A stretch of DNA of 64,000 nt from Alphaproteobacteria bacterium (GTDB taxonomy: Bacteria > Pseudomonadota > Alphaproteobacteria > Bin95): the NCBI GenBank assembly GCA_964291285.2, contig OZ219786.1:544001-608000 (forward strand), in the 5' to 3' direction. Positions within the stretch are counted from its first letter, which is position 1, and the number at the start of each line of letters is the position of its first letter. Below are positions 21,303 to 30,081 of the stretch, piece after piece. The translations under genes and the position numbers were made by a program. Below the pieces are notes generated by a model, which worked only from the letters and a program-made list of their open reading frames with translations, ran no database searches and had not been told where the DNA came from.

Positions 21303-21773
21303 ATGACCGCATACAGGTTCGACGACCGCGCCATCGACTGGGCGCCGTTCAACGGTTTCGAGGGCCTCTACTATTCCATCCAGAGCGTGGACCGGGAGTT
21401 GAACCGGGTCGATATGCTCATGAAGTTCGATCCCGACACCAACTGCGTGCCGCACACCAACTGCGTGCCGCACACCCATGTCGGCGTCACCAAGACGCTG
21501 GTGCTCGAAGGCGAGCACCGCATCTACAAGCCGGGGCCCGACGGCGCGCTGGGAGCGCCCGACATCCGCCCGGCCGGCACCTTCTCCGAGAACCGGGGCG
21601 ACGAAACCCATGTCGAGGGCGGCGGGCCGGAGGGCGCGATCATCCTGCTCTCCATGCAGGCGGTGGAGGGCGACGTCTATGACATCCTTTGCGAGGACCT
21701 CACGCTCGACCGCAAGATCACGCTCGACAATTTCGCCCGCGGCCTGGACCGCCAGCGGGCGAGAGCCGCCTGA
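21303..21773 (+). CDS. Cupin-fold protein (ChrR-like cupin)
   Basis: HTH...TLVLEGEH...ETHVEG cupin metal-binding pattern; carries an in-frame 18-bp duplication. Confidence 0.65.
   Translation: MTAYRFDDRAIDWAPFNGFEGLYYSIQSVDRELNRVDMLMKFDPDTNCVPHTNCVPHTHVGVTKTLVLEGEHRIYKPGPDGALGAPDIRPAGTFSENRGDETHVEGGGPEGAIILLSMQAVEGDVYDILCEDLTLDRKITLDNFARGLDRQRARAA
21436..21476 (+). repeat. 18-bp tandem duplication in cupin gene
   Basis: ACACCAACTGCGTGCCGC twice plus ACACC, giving TNCVPH-TNCVPH-TH. Confidence 0.95.
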
Positions 21774-21833
21774 GGGCCGGGCGTTCCGGGAAGAAGACGT
21801 TACCGAAGCGGTTTTCAGATTGGGCTGACCGAG

Positions 21834-22478
21834 ATGCTGTGCTTTGCCGAAGAGATCATGCTGCTCCTGCTCGACGACCGCGACGGGAGCTTCCTGCCCG
21901 TCCCGCAATCGTCGCTGAGAAGCGCGCTGGCCGGCGCGGTGCTGATGGACCTCGCGCTGCTGGACCGGATCGACACCGACCCCGGCTCGCTCATCCTCGT
22001 GGACGAGAAGCCGACGGGCGACCCGTTGCTCGACCCCACGCTGGAACGCATCGTCGCGGCCAGACACAGCCACGACGCCCACCACTGGGTCCAGAGGTCC
22101 GCCGACCATGCCGACGAGATCCGCGAAACCGCCCTCGCACGGCTCGTCGAAAAGGGCATCCTGACGCGCGAGGAAGACCGGTTTCTCTGGGTCTTCCGGT
22201 CGCGGCGCTACCCGAGCGTGGACGGAAAGGCGGAACGGGAGGTCAAGCTCCGGATCATGGGCGTGCTCCTGTCCGACGAGATTCCCGACCCCCGCGACAT
22301 CGCGATCATCGGCCTCTGCGACGCCTGCGGCATACTCGACCACATGATGGCGCCGCGCGAACTGGGCCAGGCCCGCGCGCGCATCGACCAGGTCAGCAGG
22401 CTGGACCTGATCGGCCAGTCGGTGGCGAACGTGATCGAGCAGACGCGGGAGTTGAGCCGGCTGCGCTCGGACCTGTAG
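21834..22478 (+). CDS. GPP34 (Golgi phosphoprotein 3 / GOLPH3) family protein
   Basis: AEEIMLLLLDD...LAGAVLMDLAL..RI...PTGDPLLD...LVEKGIL...FLWVF.SRRYP pattern. Confidence 0.8.
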   Translation: MLCFAEEIMLLLLDDRDGSFLPVPQSSLRSALAGAVLMDLALLDRIDTDPGSLILVDEKPTGDPLLDPTLERIVAARHSHDAHHWVQRSADHADEIRETALARLVEKGILTREEDRFLWVFRSRRYPSVDGKAEREVKLRIMGVLLSDEIPDPRDIAIIGLCDACGILDHMMAPRELGQARARIDQVSRLDLIGQSVANVIEQTRELSRLRSDL

Positions 22479-22507
22479 CGCCGGGTTCGGGAAGCCGAAA
22501 GCCGGGC

Positions 22508-22924
22508 CTACCCTCCCGGCATGCCCCTGTCCTTGGGGAGGTCGGGGTCCATCGGGCACCAGGGTTGCGCACTGCCGACGAAGATGTCCCGGCTCGGCCG
22601 ATACAGGCCGGGATCGTCAAGGCTGCCCGCGTAAAGCACCCGCACCCCTTCGGACGCCCCGTTTTTCAGGAACACGGGAGAGCCGCATTCGGGGCAGAAG
22701 GCGCGGCGCATCGGGTGGCCCCTGTCGGCCGGCCTCTCGAACCAGGCGGGCTCGCCGCCGAGAAGCCTGAATTCCCGCTCCCGCACCGCCACGGCCGGGA
22801 AGAAGGCGCTGCCCGTGGCCTGCTGGCAGTCCCGGCAATGGCAGTTGCCCATATAGACCGGCGCGCCGGAACATTCGTAGCGTATGGCACCGCAGGCGCA
22901 GCCGCCGCCGAACGGGAGATCCAT
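22508..22924 (-). CDS. GFA (CENP-V/Mss4-like) family protein
   Basis: [24 protein letters not shown]. Confidence 0.9.
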   Translation of the reverse strand: MDLPFGGGCACGAIRYECSGAPVYMGNCHCRDCQQATGSAFFPAVAVREREFRLLGGEPAWFERPADRGHPMRRAFCPECGSPVFLKNGASEGVRVLYAGSLDDPGLYRPSRDIFVGSAQPWCPMDPDLPKDRGMPGG

Positions 22925-23015
22925 GACCCATCTCCTCTCTTGCACCGCGGCGGAGTATAGCCCGTTACTGTCCGGCGCGTTGCAGCGAAGCGGGCGGCGG
23001 GGTATGAGCGGCGCC

Positions 23016-24698
23016 ATGGCTTCATACCAATATGTCTATGTGATGCACGGGCTCGCCAAGGCCTATCCGGGCGGGCGGAAGGTGCTCGACAATATCCGCC
23101 TCGCCTTCCTGCCCGGCGCCAAGATCGGCGTGCTCGGGCCGAACGGCGCCGGCAAATCGACGCTCATGCGCATCATGGCCGGCATCGAGACCGAGTTCGA
23201 CGGCGAGGCGTGGGCGGCGGACGGCGCGCGCGTCGGCTACCTGCCGCAGGAGCCCGAGCTCGACCCCGACCGCGACGTGATGGGCAATGTCATGCAGGGC
23301 GTGGCCGAGACGGCCCGGCTGCTGGAGCGCTTCAACGAGGTGAGCGCGCGCTTCGCCGAAAACCTGACGCCCGAGGAGATGGACGCGCTGATCGAGGAGC
23401 AGGGCGAGTTGCAGGAGCGGATCGACGCGGCGAACGGCTGGGAACTGGAGCGCACGGTCGAGATCGCCATGGACGCGCTGCGCTGCCCGCCGGGCGACGC
23501 CGACACGGCGACGCTTTCCGGCGGCGAGCGGCGGCGTGTGGCGCTCTGCCGCCTGCTGCTCTCCCGGCCCGACCTGCTGCTGCTCGACGAGCCGACCAAC
23601 CATCTGGACGCGGAGAGCGTCGCCTGGCTGGAGCGCTTCCTGGAGCGCTATGAGGGCACGGTGGTGGCCGTCACCCACGACCGCTACTTCCTCGACAATG
23701 TCGCCGGCTGGATCCTGGAGCTTGACCGGGGGCGCGGCGTGCCGTTCGAGGGCAACTACTCCTCCTGGCTGGAGCAGAAGGAGCGCCGCCTCGCGCTGGA
23801 GGAGAAGCAGGAGAGCGCGCGGCGCCGGGTGCTGCAGCGCGAGCTCGAATGGGTGCGCCAGAGCCCGCGCGCCCGGCAGGCCAAGAGCCAGGCGCGCCTG
23901 CGGGCTTACGAGGAGCTTCTGGCGGAGGGCCAGCGCCGGGCGCTCGACACGGCGGAGATCGTCATCCCGCCCGGGCCGAGGCTCGGCGACGTGGTGATCG
24001 AGGCGAAGGGCGTCGCCAAGGCGTTCGGCGACCGGCTGCTGATGGAGGGCGTCTCCTTCCGCCTGCCGCCGGCGGGCATTGTCGGCGTGATCGGCCCGAA
24101 CGGCGCCGGCAAGACCACGCTCTTCCGGATGCTGACCGGCGAGGAGGCGCCGGACAGCGGCGCGCTCCGGGTCGGCGAGACGGTGAAGATCGGCGCGGTG
24201 GACCAGAGCCGCGAGGCGCTCGCTGCCGACAGGACGGTCTGGGAGGAGATTTCCGGCGGCCTCGACATGATCGCGCTCGGAGCGCGCGAGGTGGCGAGCC
24301 GGGCCTATGTCTCCACCTTCAACTTCAAGGGCCCGGACCAGCAGAAGAAGGTCGGCTCCCTCTCGGGCGGCGAGCGCAACCGGGTCCATCTCGCCAAGAT
24401 GCTCAAGTCCGGCGCCAACCTGCTGCTGCTGGACGAGCCGACCAACGACCTCGACGTCGAGACCCTGCGCTCGCTGGAGGAGGCGCTGCTGGCGTTTGCC
24501 GGCTCGGTGCTGGTCATCAGCCACGACCGCTGGTTCCTGGACCGGATCGCCACTCACATCCTCGCCTTCGAGGGCGACAGCCATGTGGAGTGGTTCGAGG
24601 GCAACTACGCCGACTACGAGGCCGACCGCCGCCGCCGCCTCGGCGCGGAAGCCGACAACCCCCACCGCATCCGCTACAAACCGCTGACGCGCGGGTAG
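23016..24698 (+). CDS. ettA: Energy-dependent translational throttle ABC-F protein
   Basis: [17 protein letters not shown], two ABC domains, ELEWVR linker, HRIRYKPL C-terminus. Confidence 0.96.
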   Translation: MASYQYVYVMHGLAKAYPGGRKVLDNIRLAFLPGAKIGVLGPNGAGKSTLMRIMAGIETEFDGEAWAADGARVGYLPQEPELDPDRDVMGNVMQGVAETARLLERFNEVSARFAENLTPEEMDALIEEQGELQERIDAANGWELERTVEIAMDALRCPPGDADTATLSGGERRRVALCRLLLSRPDLLLLDEPTNHLDAESVAWLERFLERYEGTVVAVTHDRYFLDNVAGWILELDRGRGVPFEGNYSSWLEQKERRLALEEKQESARRRVLQRELEWVRQSPRARQAKSQARLRAYEELLAEGQRRALDTAEIVIPPGPRLGDVVIEAKGVAKAFGDRLLMEGVSFRLPPAGIVGVIGPNGAGKTTLFRMLTGEEAPDSGALRVGETVKIGAVDQSREALAADRTVWEEISGGLDMIALGAREVASRAYVSTFNFKGPDQQKKVGSLSGGERNRVHLAKMLKSGANLLLLDEPTNDLDVETLRSLEEALLAFAGSVLVISHDRWFLDRIATHILAFEGDSHVEWFEGNYADYEADRRRRLGAEADNPHRIRYKPLTRG

Positions 24699-24710
24699 GG
24701 GGAGAGGACA

Positions 24711-24872
24711 GTGGCTCGGACCGGACGGGAAGAACCCGCTACCAAAGCCGACCTTGCTGCGCTTGCGACCAAAGCGGACCTGGCAGAATTCGAATCGCGC
24801 TTCACAAACAAGCTTTACGCCGTCGCCGGCGTTCTCGCCGCGCTGATCGTCGCCGCCAGGCTCATCCCCTGA
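24711..24872 (+). CDS. 53-aa CCDC90/DUF1640-like membrane-anchored mini coiled-coil protein
   Basis: Not in ORF track (short). GGAGAGG then GTG: MARTGREEPATKADLAALATKADLAEFESRFTNKLYAVAGVLAALIVAARLIP*; two ATKADL motifs and a C-terminal TM. Confidence 0.65.
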   Translation: MARTGREEPATKADLAALATKADLAEFESRFTNKLYAVAGVLAALIVAARLIP

Positions 24873-24887
24873 CCGGCAGCCCCGTCG

Positions 24888-26534
24888 TCAGAGCCCCACA
24901 TCCTCCGGGAAGTATTTCATGGCGCAGCGGAGCGGGTTGGGGGCGGCCTGGCCGAGGCCGCAGATCGAGGCGTCGGCCATGACGGCGGCAAGGTCCTCCA
25001 GCACGCCGCGGTCCCAGGCAGGCTCGGCCATCAGCCGGGCGGCCTTCTCCGTGCCGACCCGGCAGGGGGTACACTGCCCGCAGCTCTCATAGGCGAAGAA
25101 GCGCATCAGGTTGAGCGCCGCCGCGCCCACATCGTCGCCCTCCGCCAGCACGACCACGGCGCCCGAGCCGGTGAAGCAGCCATGCGGCTCCAGCTTGCCG
25201 AAATCGAGCGGGATGTCGGCGAGGCTGGCCGGCAATATGCCGCCCGACGCGCCGCCCGGCAGGTAGGCCTTGAACGCGCAGCCCTCGGCCATGCCGCCGG
25301 AAAACTCCTCGATCAGCTCGCGCGCGGTGACGCCGGCGGGCACGATCTTCACCCCCGGCTCCTTCACCCGCCCGGAGACGGAATAGGCCCGCCAGCCCTT
25401 GCCGCCGTGGCGCCCCGTCTCCGCGAACCAGGCCGCGCCCCGCTCCAGGATCGCGGGCATCCAGTAGAGCGTCTCGACATTGTGGACGAGCGTCGGCCGG
25501 CCGTGCAGGCCCACCTGCGCTACATAGGGCGGGCGGTGGCGCGGCAGGCCGCGCTTGCCCTCGATGCTCTCGATCATCGCCGACTCTTCGCCGCAGATAT
25601 AGGCGCCCGCCCCCCGGCGCAGATGTACCCCGCCGGCCGGTGCAAGCTCGCCGAGCCGTGCGATCTCGGCCGCCAAGATCTCCCGCGCATCGGGATATTC
25701 GTCGCGGAGATAGATGGTGACGGTGTCCGCCTCGACCGCCCAGGCGGCGATCAGCGCGCCTTCCAGCACGGCGCCGGGCGCAGTCTCCAGGAAATGGCGG
25801 TCCTTGAAGGTGCCGGGCTCGCCCTCATCCGCATTGACAGTCAGGTGGCGCGGCTTCGGCCCGGCGCGCACGAAGCCCCATTTGCGCGCACTCGGGAAGC
25901 CCGCGCCGCCCATGCCGCGCAGGCCCGACTCCTCGATTACGCGCGCCACCTCCTCGCGGGTCCGCCGGCCTTCGAGGCAGGCGCGGAATTGCGCGTAACC
26001 GCCTGCCGCCGCCGCCGGAACGGTGTGCTCCGCCTCGTTCGAGACGGCCGCGCGCACCTTCTCCGGCGTCGCTTCGTCCACATGGCCGTGCCCGGCCTCG
26101 ACGACCGGCGCGCGGTCGCAGCGGCCCATGCAGGGGGCGGTGACGACCCGCGCCTCCGGGAAGGCTGCGCGCAGGGAGTCCAGCAGCGCCGGCGCGCCGG
26201 CCAGCTCGCAGGAGAGGCTGTCGCAGACGCGCAGAGTGAGCGCCGGCGGCGGCGCCTCGCCTTCCTTCACCGTGTCCAGATGGGCGTAGAAGGTCGCGAC
26301 CTCCCAGACTTCCGCCATGGCAAGGCGCATCTCTTCCGCCAGCGCCGCCAGGTGCCGGGCGGAGAGGTGCCCGAAACGGCCCTGGACAAGGTGCAGATAT
26401 TCGATCAGGAACTCGCGCCCGCGCGGCGCATCGCCCAGCAGCGCCTGCACCTCCGCCAGCGCCTCCGGCTCGACCTGGCGCCCCTTGGGCTGGGTGCGCC
26501 CGCGACGGCGCTGCTTGACCGCTTCTTCCGGCAC
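24888..26534 (-). CDS. NuoE-NuoF fusion flavoprotein (NAD-dependent formate dehydrogenase beta-type diaphorase subunit)
   Basis: VCDSLSC...CMGRC [2Fe-2S], GLRGMGGAGFP, NADEGEPGTFKD, GAYICGEE, ESCGQCTPCR...SICGLG. GTG start approximate. Confidence 0.88.
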   Translation of the reverse strand: MPEEAVKQRRRGRTQPKGRQVEPEALAEVQALLGDAPRGREFLIEYLHLVQGRFGHLSARHLAALAEEMRLAMAEVWEVATFYAHLDTVKEGEAPPPALTLRVCDSLSCELAGAPALLDSLRAAFPEARVVTAPCMGRCDRAPVVEAGHGHVDEATPEKVRAAVSNEAEHTVPAAAAGGYAQFRACLEGRRTREEVARVIEESGLRGMGGAGFPSARKWGFVRAGPKPRHLTVNADEGEPGTFKDRHFLETAPGAVLEGALIAAWAVEADTVTIYLRDEYPDAREILAAEIARLGELAPAGGVHLRRGAGAYICGEESAMIESIEGKRGLPRHRPPYVAQVGLHGRPTLVHNVETLYWMPAILERGAAWFAETGRHGGKGWRAYSVSGRVKEPGVKIVPAGVTARELIEEFSGGMAEGCAFKAYLPGGASGGILPASLADIPLDFGKLEPHGCFTGSGAVVVLAEGDDVGAAALNLMRFFAYESCGQCTPCRVGTEKAARLMAEPAWDRGVLEDLAAVMADASICGLGQAAPNPLRCAMKYFPEDVGL

Positions 26535-26744
26535 GACCCCCGCATCCTTCCCGCCGACCCGTCGGCCCCGATATACAGGCCGGGGCGCGGCATGCCCATA
26601 GCGCGCCGGCGGGAAAGGGGGAGAGAGGAACCCGCGCAAGCCCCCCAACCGTCGCCCCGCCCCCGCCTGCCCCCGCAAAGGAGCGTGTGAAGGAATCGGA
26701 GCGGCATCCGACCGTGTCGAAACAGAACGAGGACGGACAAACAT

Positions 26745-26873
26745 CGTCACCCCGGACTTGATCCGGGGTCCATCCCTGACCGTCTGCGGTTGCCGCCTCC
26801 GGTGGAGGGCAAGTCAACCGCCGAGGCTGCGGAGAGAGCCGGAGATGGCCCCTGGATCAAGTCCGGGGTGACG
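26745..26873. repeat. REP-like palindromic doublet
   Basis: CGTCACCCCGGACTTGATCCGGGGTCCATC (26745-26774) inverted against GATGGCCCCTGGATCAAGTCCGGGGTGACG (26844-26873). Confidence 0.85.
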
Positions 26874-26911
26874 GTTGTGGGCCATGCCACAGGGCGCACG
26901 GCCGCAATTCC

Positions 26912-27066
26912 CCTCTCCCCGCTTGCGGGGAGAGGCCGGGGCGACGCAAGAGAGGCCGCCTGCCTCCCTCCGGCCGGTTGCTCAGGATGAGGGACTCCCC
27001 GGCCTCCCCGCGCCCGCCGCCGTCCTTCGATACGCCTCCCTCCGGTCGGCTACTCAGGATGAGGGA
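26912..27066. repeat. Further REP-like units
   Basis: Hairpin CCTCTCCCCGC-TT-GCGGGGAGAGG (26912-26935); 33-bp direct repeat GCCTCCCTCCGG..GG...CTCAGGATGAGGGA at 26962 and 27034. Confidence 0.75.
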
Positions 27067-27099
27067 ATCAGCAGCCCGCGGCAGGGCCTGCCGCCGGCC

Positions 27100-28980
27100 T
27101 CAGCCGATCTCGCCGCCGTCGTCGCGGGTGACGGCGATGACGGTGGAGCGCGGCACGGTCCCGCCGCCGCCGGGGAAATGGCTGCCGCCCTTCTCGCCCG
27201 GATGCTGGAGGCCGACGAACATGGTCCTGCGGTCCATTGACCAGCAGAGCCCCGTCACCTCGCACTCCCTCGGGCCGACAAGGAAACGGTTTATCCCGCC
27301 CGTGTCGGGGTCGGCATAGAGCATCTGGTTGTTGCCCTGGCCGGCGAAACCGCCCTCGTTCGTGTATTTGCCGTCGGTCTGGATCCAGAGGCCGCCCCTG
27401 CTGTCGAACACCAGCCCGTCCGGTGAGTTGAACATGTTGTCCGGGGTGACATTGGCGGAGCCGGCGCGGTCGTCGTCATGCACCGCCGGGTTGCCGGCCA
27501 CCACGAACAGGTCCCACTCGAAGCCGGCGGCCGTGTGGTCGCCGCCCGCAGGCCGCCAGCGCACGATCTGGCCGTATTCGTTGCCGGCGCGCGGGTTGGG
27601 GCCGCCGACCGGGGTCGGGTCGCCGCCCGCGTTCGGCTTCCTGCCGCGGTTCCTGTTGTTGGTGAGGCAGCAATAGACCTCGGCGCGCTTCGGGTGCGCG
27701 GCGACCCACTCCGGGCGGTCCATGGTGGTCGCGCCGACCGCCGAGCCGGCCATGCGCGTCAGCACCGCAATCTCGGCCGCCGAGGCCATGCCGGTCGTCT
27801 CCGGCGTCAGCGCCAGCCACTCGCCGCCGCCGTCCTCGTCGAAGCGCGCCACCGACAGCACGCCCCGGTCCAGCAGGCCGGCATTGTCGCCGCCCTCGAC
27901 ATAGCGGCCTTCCGAGACGAAGCGGTAGAGGAACTCGCCGCGCTTGTCATCGCCCATATAGACGACGACATGCCCGTTGGCGGCCACGACGACCTCGGCG
28001 TTCTCATGCTTGAAGCGGCCGAGCGCGGTGCGCTTCTTCGGCATGGACTCCGGGTCGAGCGGGTCGATCTCGACGACATAGCCCGCCCGGTTCGGCTCGT
28101 TCGGGTGCTTCGAGATGTCGAAGCGCTCGTCCGCGGTGGCCCAGGCATAGCCCCAGTCCTTCAGGCCGACGCCGTAGCGCTTCATCGCATCCGGCACGGC
28201 ATAGCCGGGGTCCGAGGAGGAGAAATAGCCGTTGAAATTCTCCTCGCAGGCCAGATAGGTGCCCCAGGGCGTCCTGCCGTTGCCGCAATTGTTCCAGGTG
28301 CCGAGCGCGGTCGCGCCGGCGGGATCGGCCGCCGTCTTCAGCAGGTCGTGGCCGCGCGCCGGGCCGGTGATCTCCACCGGCGTGTCCGCGGTGATGCGCC
28401 GGTTGAAGGGCGAGTCGACCACCGGCCGCCAGCCGCCGTCCGCCATTTCGATCTCGAAGACGCTGACGCCGTGGCCGGCCTTGCCCTTGCGCACGTCGTC
28501 GGCGGTCTCCGGCAGGCCGGAGGCGCGGTTGCCGTAGATGACCCGCCGGTTCACATATTCGTTGTTGACGGCGAGCACGGTCCTGCCCCCGGCGTCGAAC
28601 GAGGACATGCCGTCATTATTGTCGCCGAAGGCGCGCTCCTGGCTGGCGCCGGTGCCGCGCGTGGCGTGGTCGAACGGCTTGCCGTCGGACCAGAGCGGGT
28701 CGCCCCAGGCGATGACATTGCGCCAGGAGAAGCCCGGCGGCACGGTCACCGTGTCCAGCCCGTTGGCGGCGACGGGCTCGAAGCCGAGGCCGCCCGTGCC
28801 GACCGCATGCGCGGGCCGGAACGCGCCCAGGCCGAAAAAGGCGCCGGCCGCGCCGAGCGCCGCCGCGCCGCCCAGAAAGCGGCGGCGGGAAACCGCGCGC
28901 TCGAAGCCGGTCGGCTCGCCGCGGGGGTCGTTCAGTTCGTCGAATTCGTCGAACGAGAGTTCGCTGGCATGGTCGGGCAT
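27100..28980 (-). CDS. phoX: PhoX-family alkaline phosphatase, Tat-exported
   Basis: SRRRFL signal, GDNNDG, NNEY, NNCGNGRTPWGTYLACEEN, GRFKHE, MDRPE, SPDG, QTDG, QHPG. Confidence 0.95.
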   Translation of the reverse strand: MPDHASELSFDEFDELNDPRGEPTGFERAVSRRRFLGGAAALGAAGAFFGLGAFRPAHAVGTGGLGFEPVAANGLDTVTVPPGFSWRNVIAWGDPLWSDGKPFDHATRGTGASQERAFGDNNDGMSSFDAGGRTVLAVNNEYVNRRVIYGNRASGLPETADDVRKGKAGHGVSVFEIEMADGGWRPVVDSPFNRRITADTPVEITGPARGHDLLKTAADPAGATALGTWNNCGNGRTPWGTYLACEENFNGYFSSSDPGYAVPDAMKRYGVGLKDWGYAWATADERFDISKHPNEPNRAGYVVEIDPLDPESMPKKRTALGRFKHENAEVVVAANGHVVVYMGDDKRGEFLYRFVSEGRYVEGGDNAGLLDRGVLSVARFDEDGGGEWLALTPETTGMASAAEIAVLTRMAGSAVGATTMDRPEWVAAHPKRAEVYCCLTNNRNRGRKPNAGGDPTPVGGPNPRAGNEYGQIVRWRPAGGDHTAAGFEWDLFVVAGNPAVHDDDRAGSANVTPDNMFNSPDGLVFDSRGGLWIQTDGKYTNEGGFAGQGNNQMLYADPDTGGINRFLVGPRECEVTGLCWSMDRRTMFVGLQHPGEKGGSHFPGGGGTVPRSTVIAVTRDDGGEIG

Positions 28981-29139
28981 GATGCTCCTCCGGTTCCGTC
29001 GCCATCTGCGGCGGCAACACACCCGACCCGGATTACGGCCCGTTATCGTTTCGATGACAACCGCATGTCGCGAACCATCCGCCGCGCCGTCTCGGCCACG
29101 CGGGCGCTACTCGGGAAGAGGGACGGGAGGCCCCTCAAC

Positions 29140-29221
29140 CGTCGCCCCGGACCCCGATCCGGGGCCTTGGGCGGCAGGGGCGGCGTTGCGGGGAGGCCCC
29201 GGATCGGGGTCCGGGGCGACG
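29140..29221. repeat. REP-like palindromic doublet with 28-bp perfect inverted repeat
   Basis: CGTCGCCCCGGACCCCGATCCGGGGCCT ... AGGCCCCGGATCGGGGTCCGGGGCGACG. Confidence 0.9.
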
Positions 29222-29223
29222 CA

Positions 29224-29700
29224 TCAAGTAAGCGGGCGCACTCCCCGGCCCTTATCCCGAGTGGCGCGCCGGCCCTTCCGCTTGCGGCGGAGGCGGAGGT
29301 CGCGCTTCAGGCCGTGGCGCTTCAGGAAGCGATGCACCGTGGAAGCGTCGAACACCAGGCCCTCGGCGGCGAGCGCATCGCGCAGCTCCCGACCGAAAAT
29401 CGCCGGGCGCGCCTTCAGGATGCGGAAAATGCGCTCCCGCTCCTGCTCGATCCGCGAAGCGCTGCCGCCCATCGGATCGGGCCGCACATGGCCGCGCTCG
29501 CGGAAACGCCGCACCCAGAGGCGGACGCTGGATTCCCCGAGGCCGAAATGCCGCGCCGAAGCGGCGGCGGTCATGCCCCGCTCCACCACGGCCGCCACCG
29601 CCGCGCCCCGCAGGTCCACGCCGACCGGGCGGCCCTGCCTCAATTCCGGCAGCCCGCCCGCCGCGCCGCCCTTCGTTTCGCTTGCCGATTTACTCGTCAT
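29224..29700 (-). CDS. Solo HTH protein resembling the IS630 transposase N-terminal DNA-binding region
   Basis: DLR..AVAAV..GMT....ARHFGLGESSVRLWVRRFRE.G...P...GG; ELRDAL..EG......STVHRFLKRHGL; RBS AGGAGG; no DDE domain follows. Confidence 0.75.
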   Translation of the reverse strand: MTSKSASETKGGAAGGLPELRQGRPVGVDLRGAAVAAVVERGMTAAASARHFGLGESSVRLWVRRFRERGHVRPDPMGGSASRIEQERERIFRILKARPAIFGRELRDALAAEGLVFDASTVHRFLKRHGLKRDLRLRRKRKGRRATRDKGRGVRPLT

Positions 29701-30028
29701 CGTTCCTCCTGCGCCGCGCTCACGCGGCTTTCATAAACGACTGCACCCCTGCGGCTTCCTTAAACGACCGCGTTGCCGCCGCCGCTTCAACGCCTAACCC
29801 GAATGCAACGCTGCGCCCTGTCCGCTGCCGCCGCACCGTCCTCCGACCGCAAACCTGAGCGCCACAATGCGCCGCGCGCACGCACGTCCCCTGTTCAGCG
29901 CCCCGGAGAAATTGGCCGGCTCCCGTTCCCTGCGGCACGACCGGTGCGGGGCTTGCGCGCGCCGCAGCGGTCCGCCGGATTGTCAGGTCCAGATCATGTC
30001 TCTTTTCGTTTCCCGAAAGGGTAATCAG

Positions 30029-30061
30029 AAACAAATATAGAACATATGCGGACAATGTCAA
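30029..30061 (-). promoter_or_regulatory. Sigma70-type promoter with overlapping LexA-like box
   Basis: Minus strand TTGACA-N16-TATATT; GTTC-TATATTT-GTTT overlaps the -10, one mismatch to the alphaproteobacterial GTTC-N7-GTTC. Confidence 0.6.
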
Positions 30062-30081
30062 GCCCGGAACGGGGCCGGCCT

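Noticed and set aside
26640-27070. CRISPR array
   Set aside because: Repeats are heterogeneous, with no regular repeat-spacer period and no cas genes.
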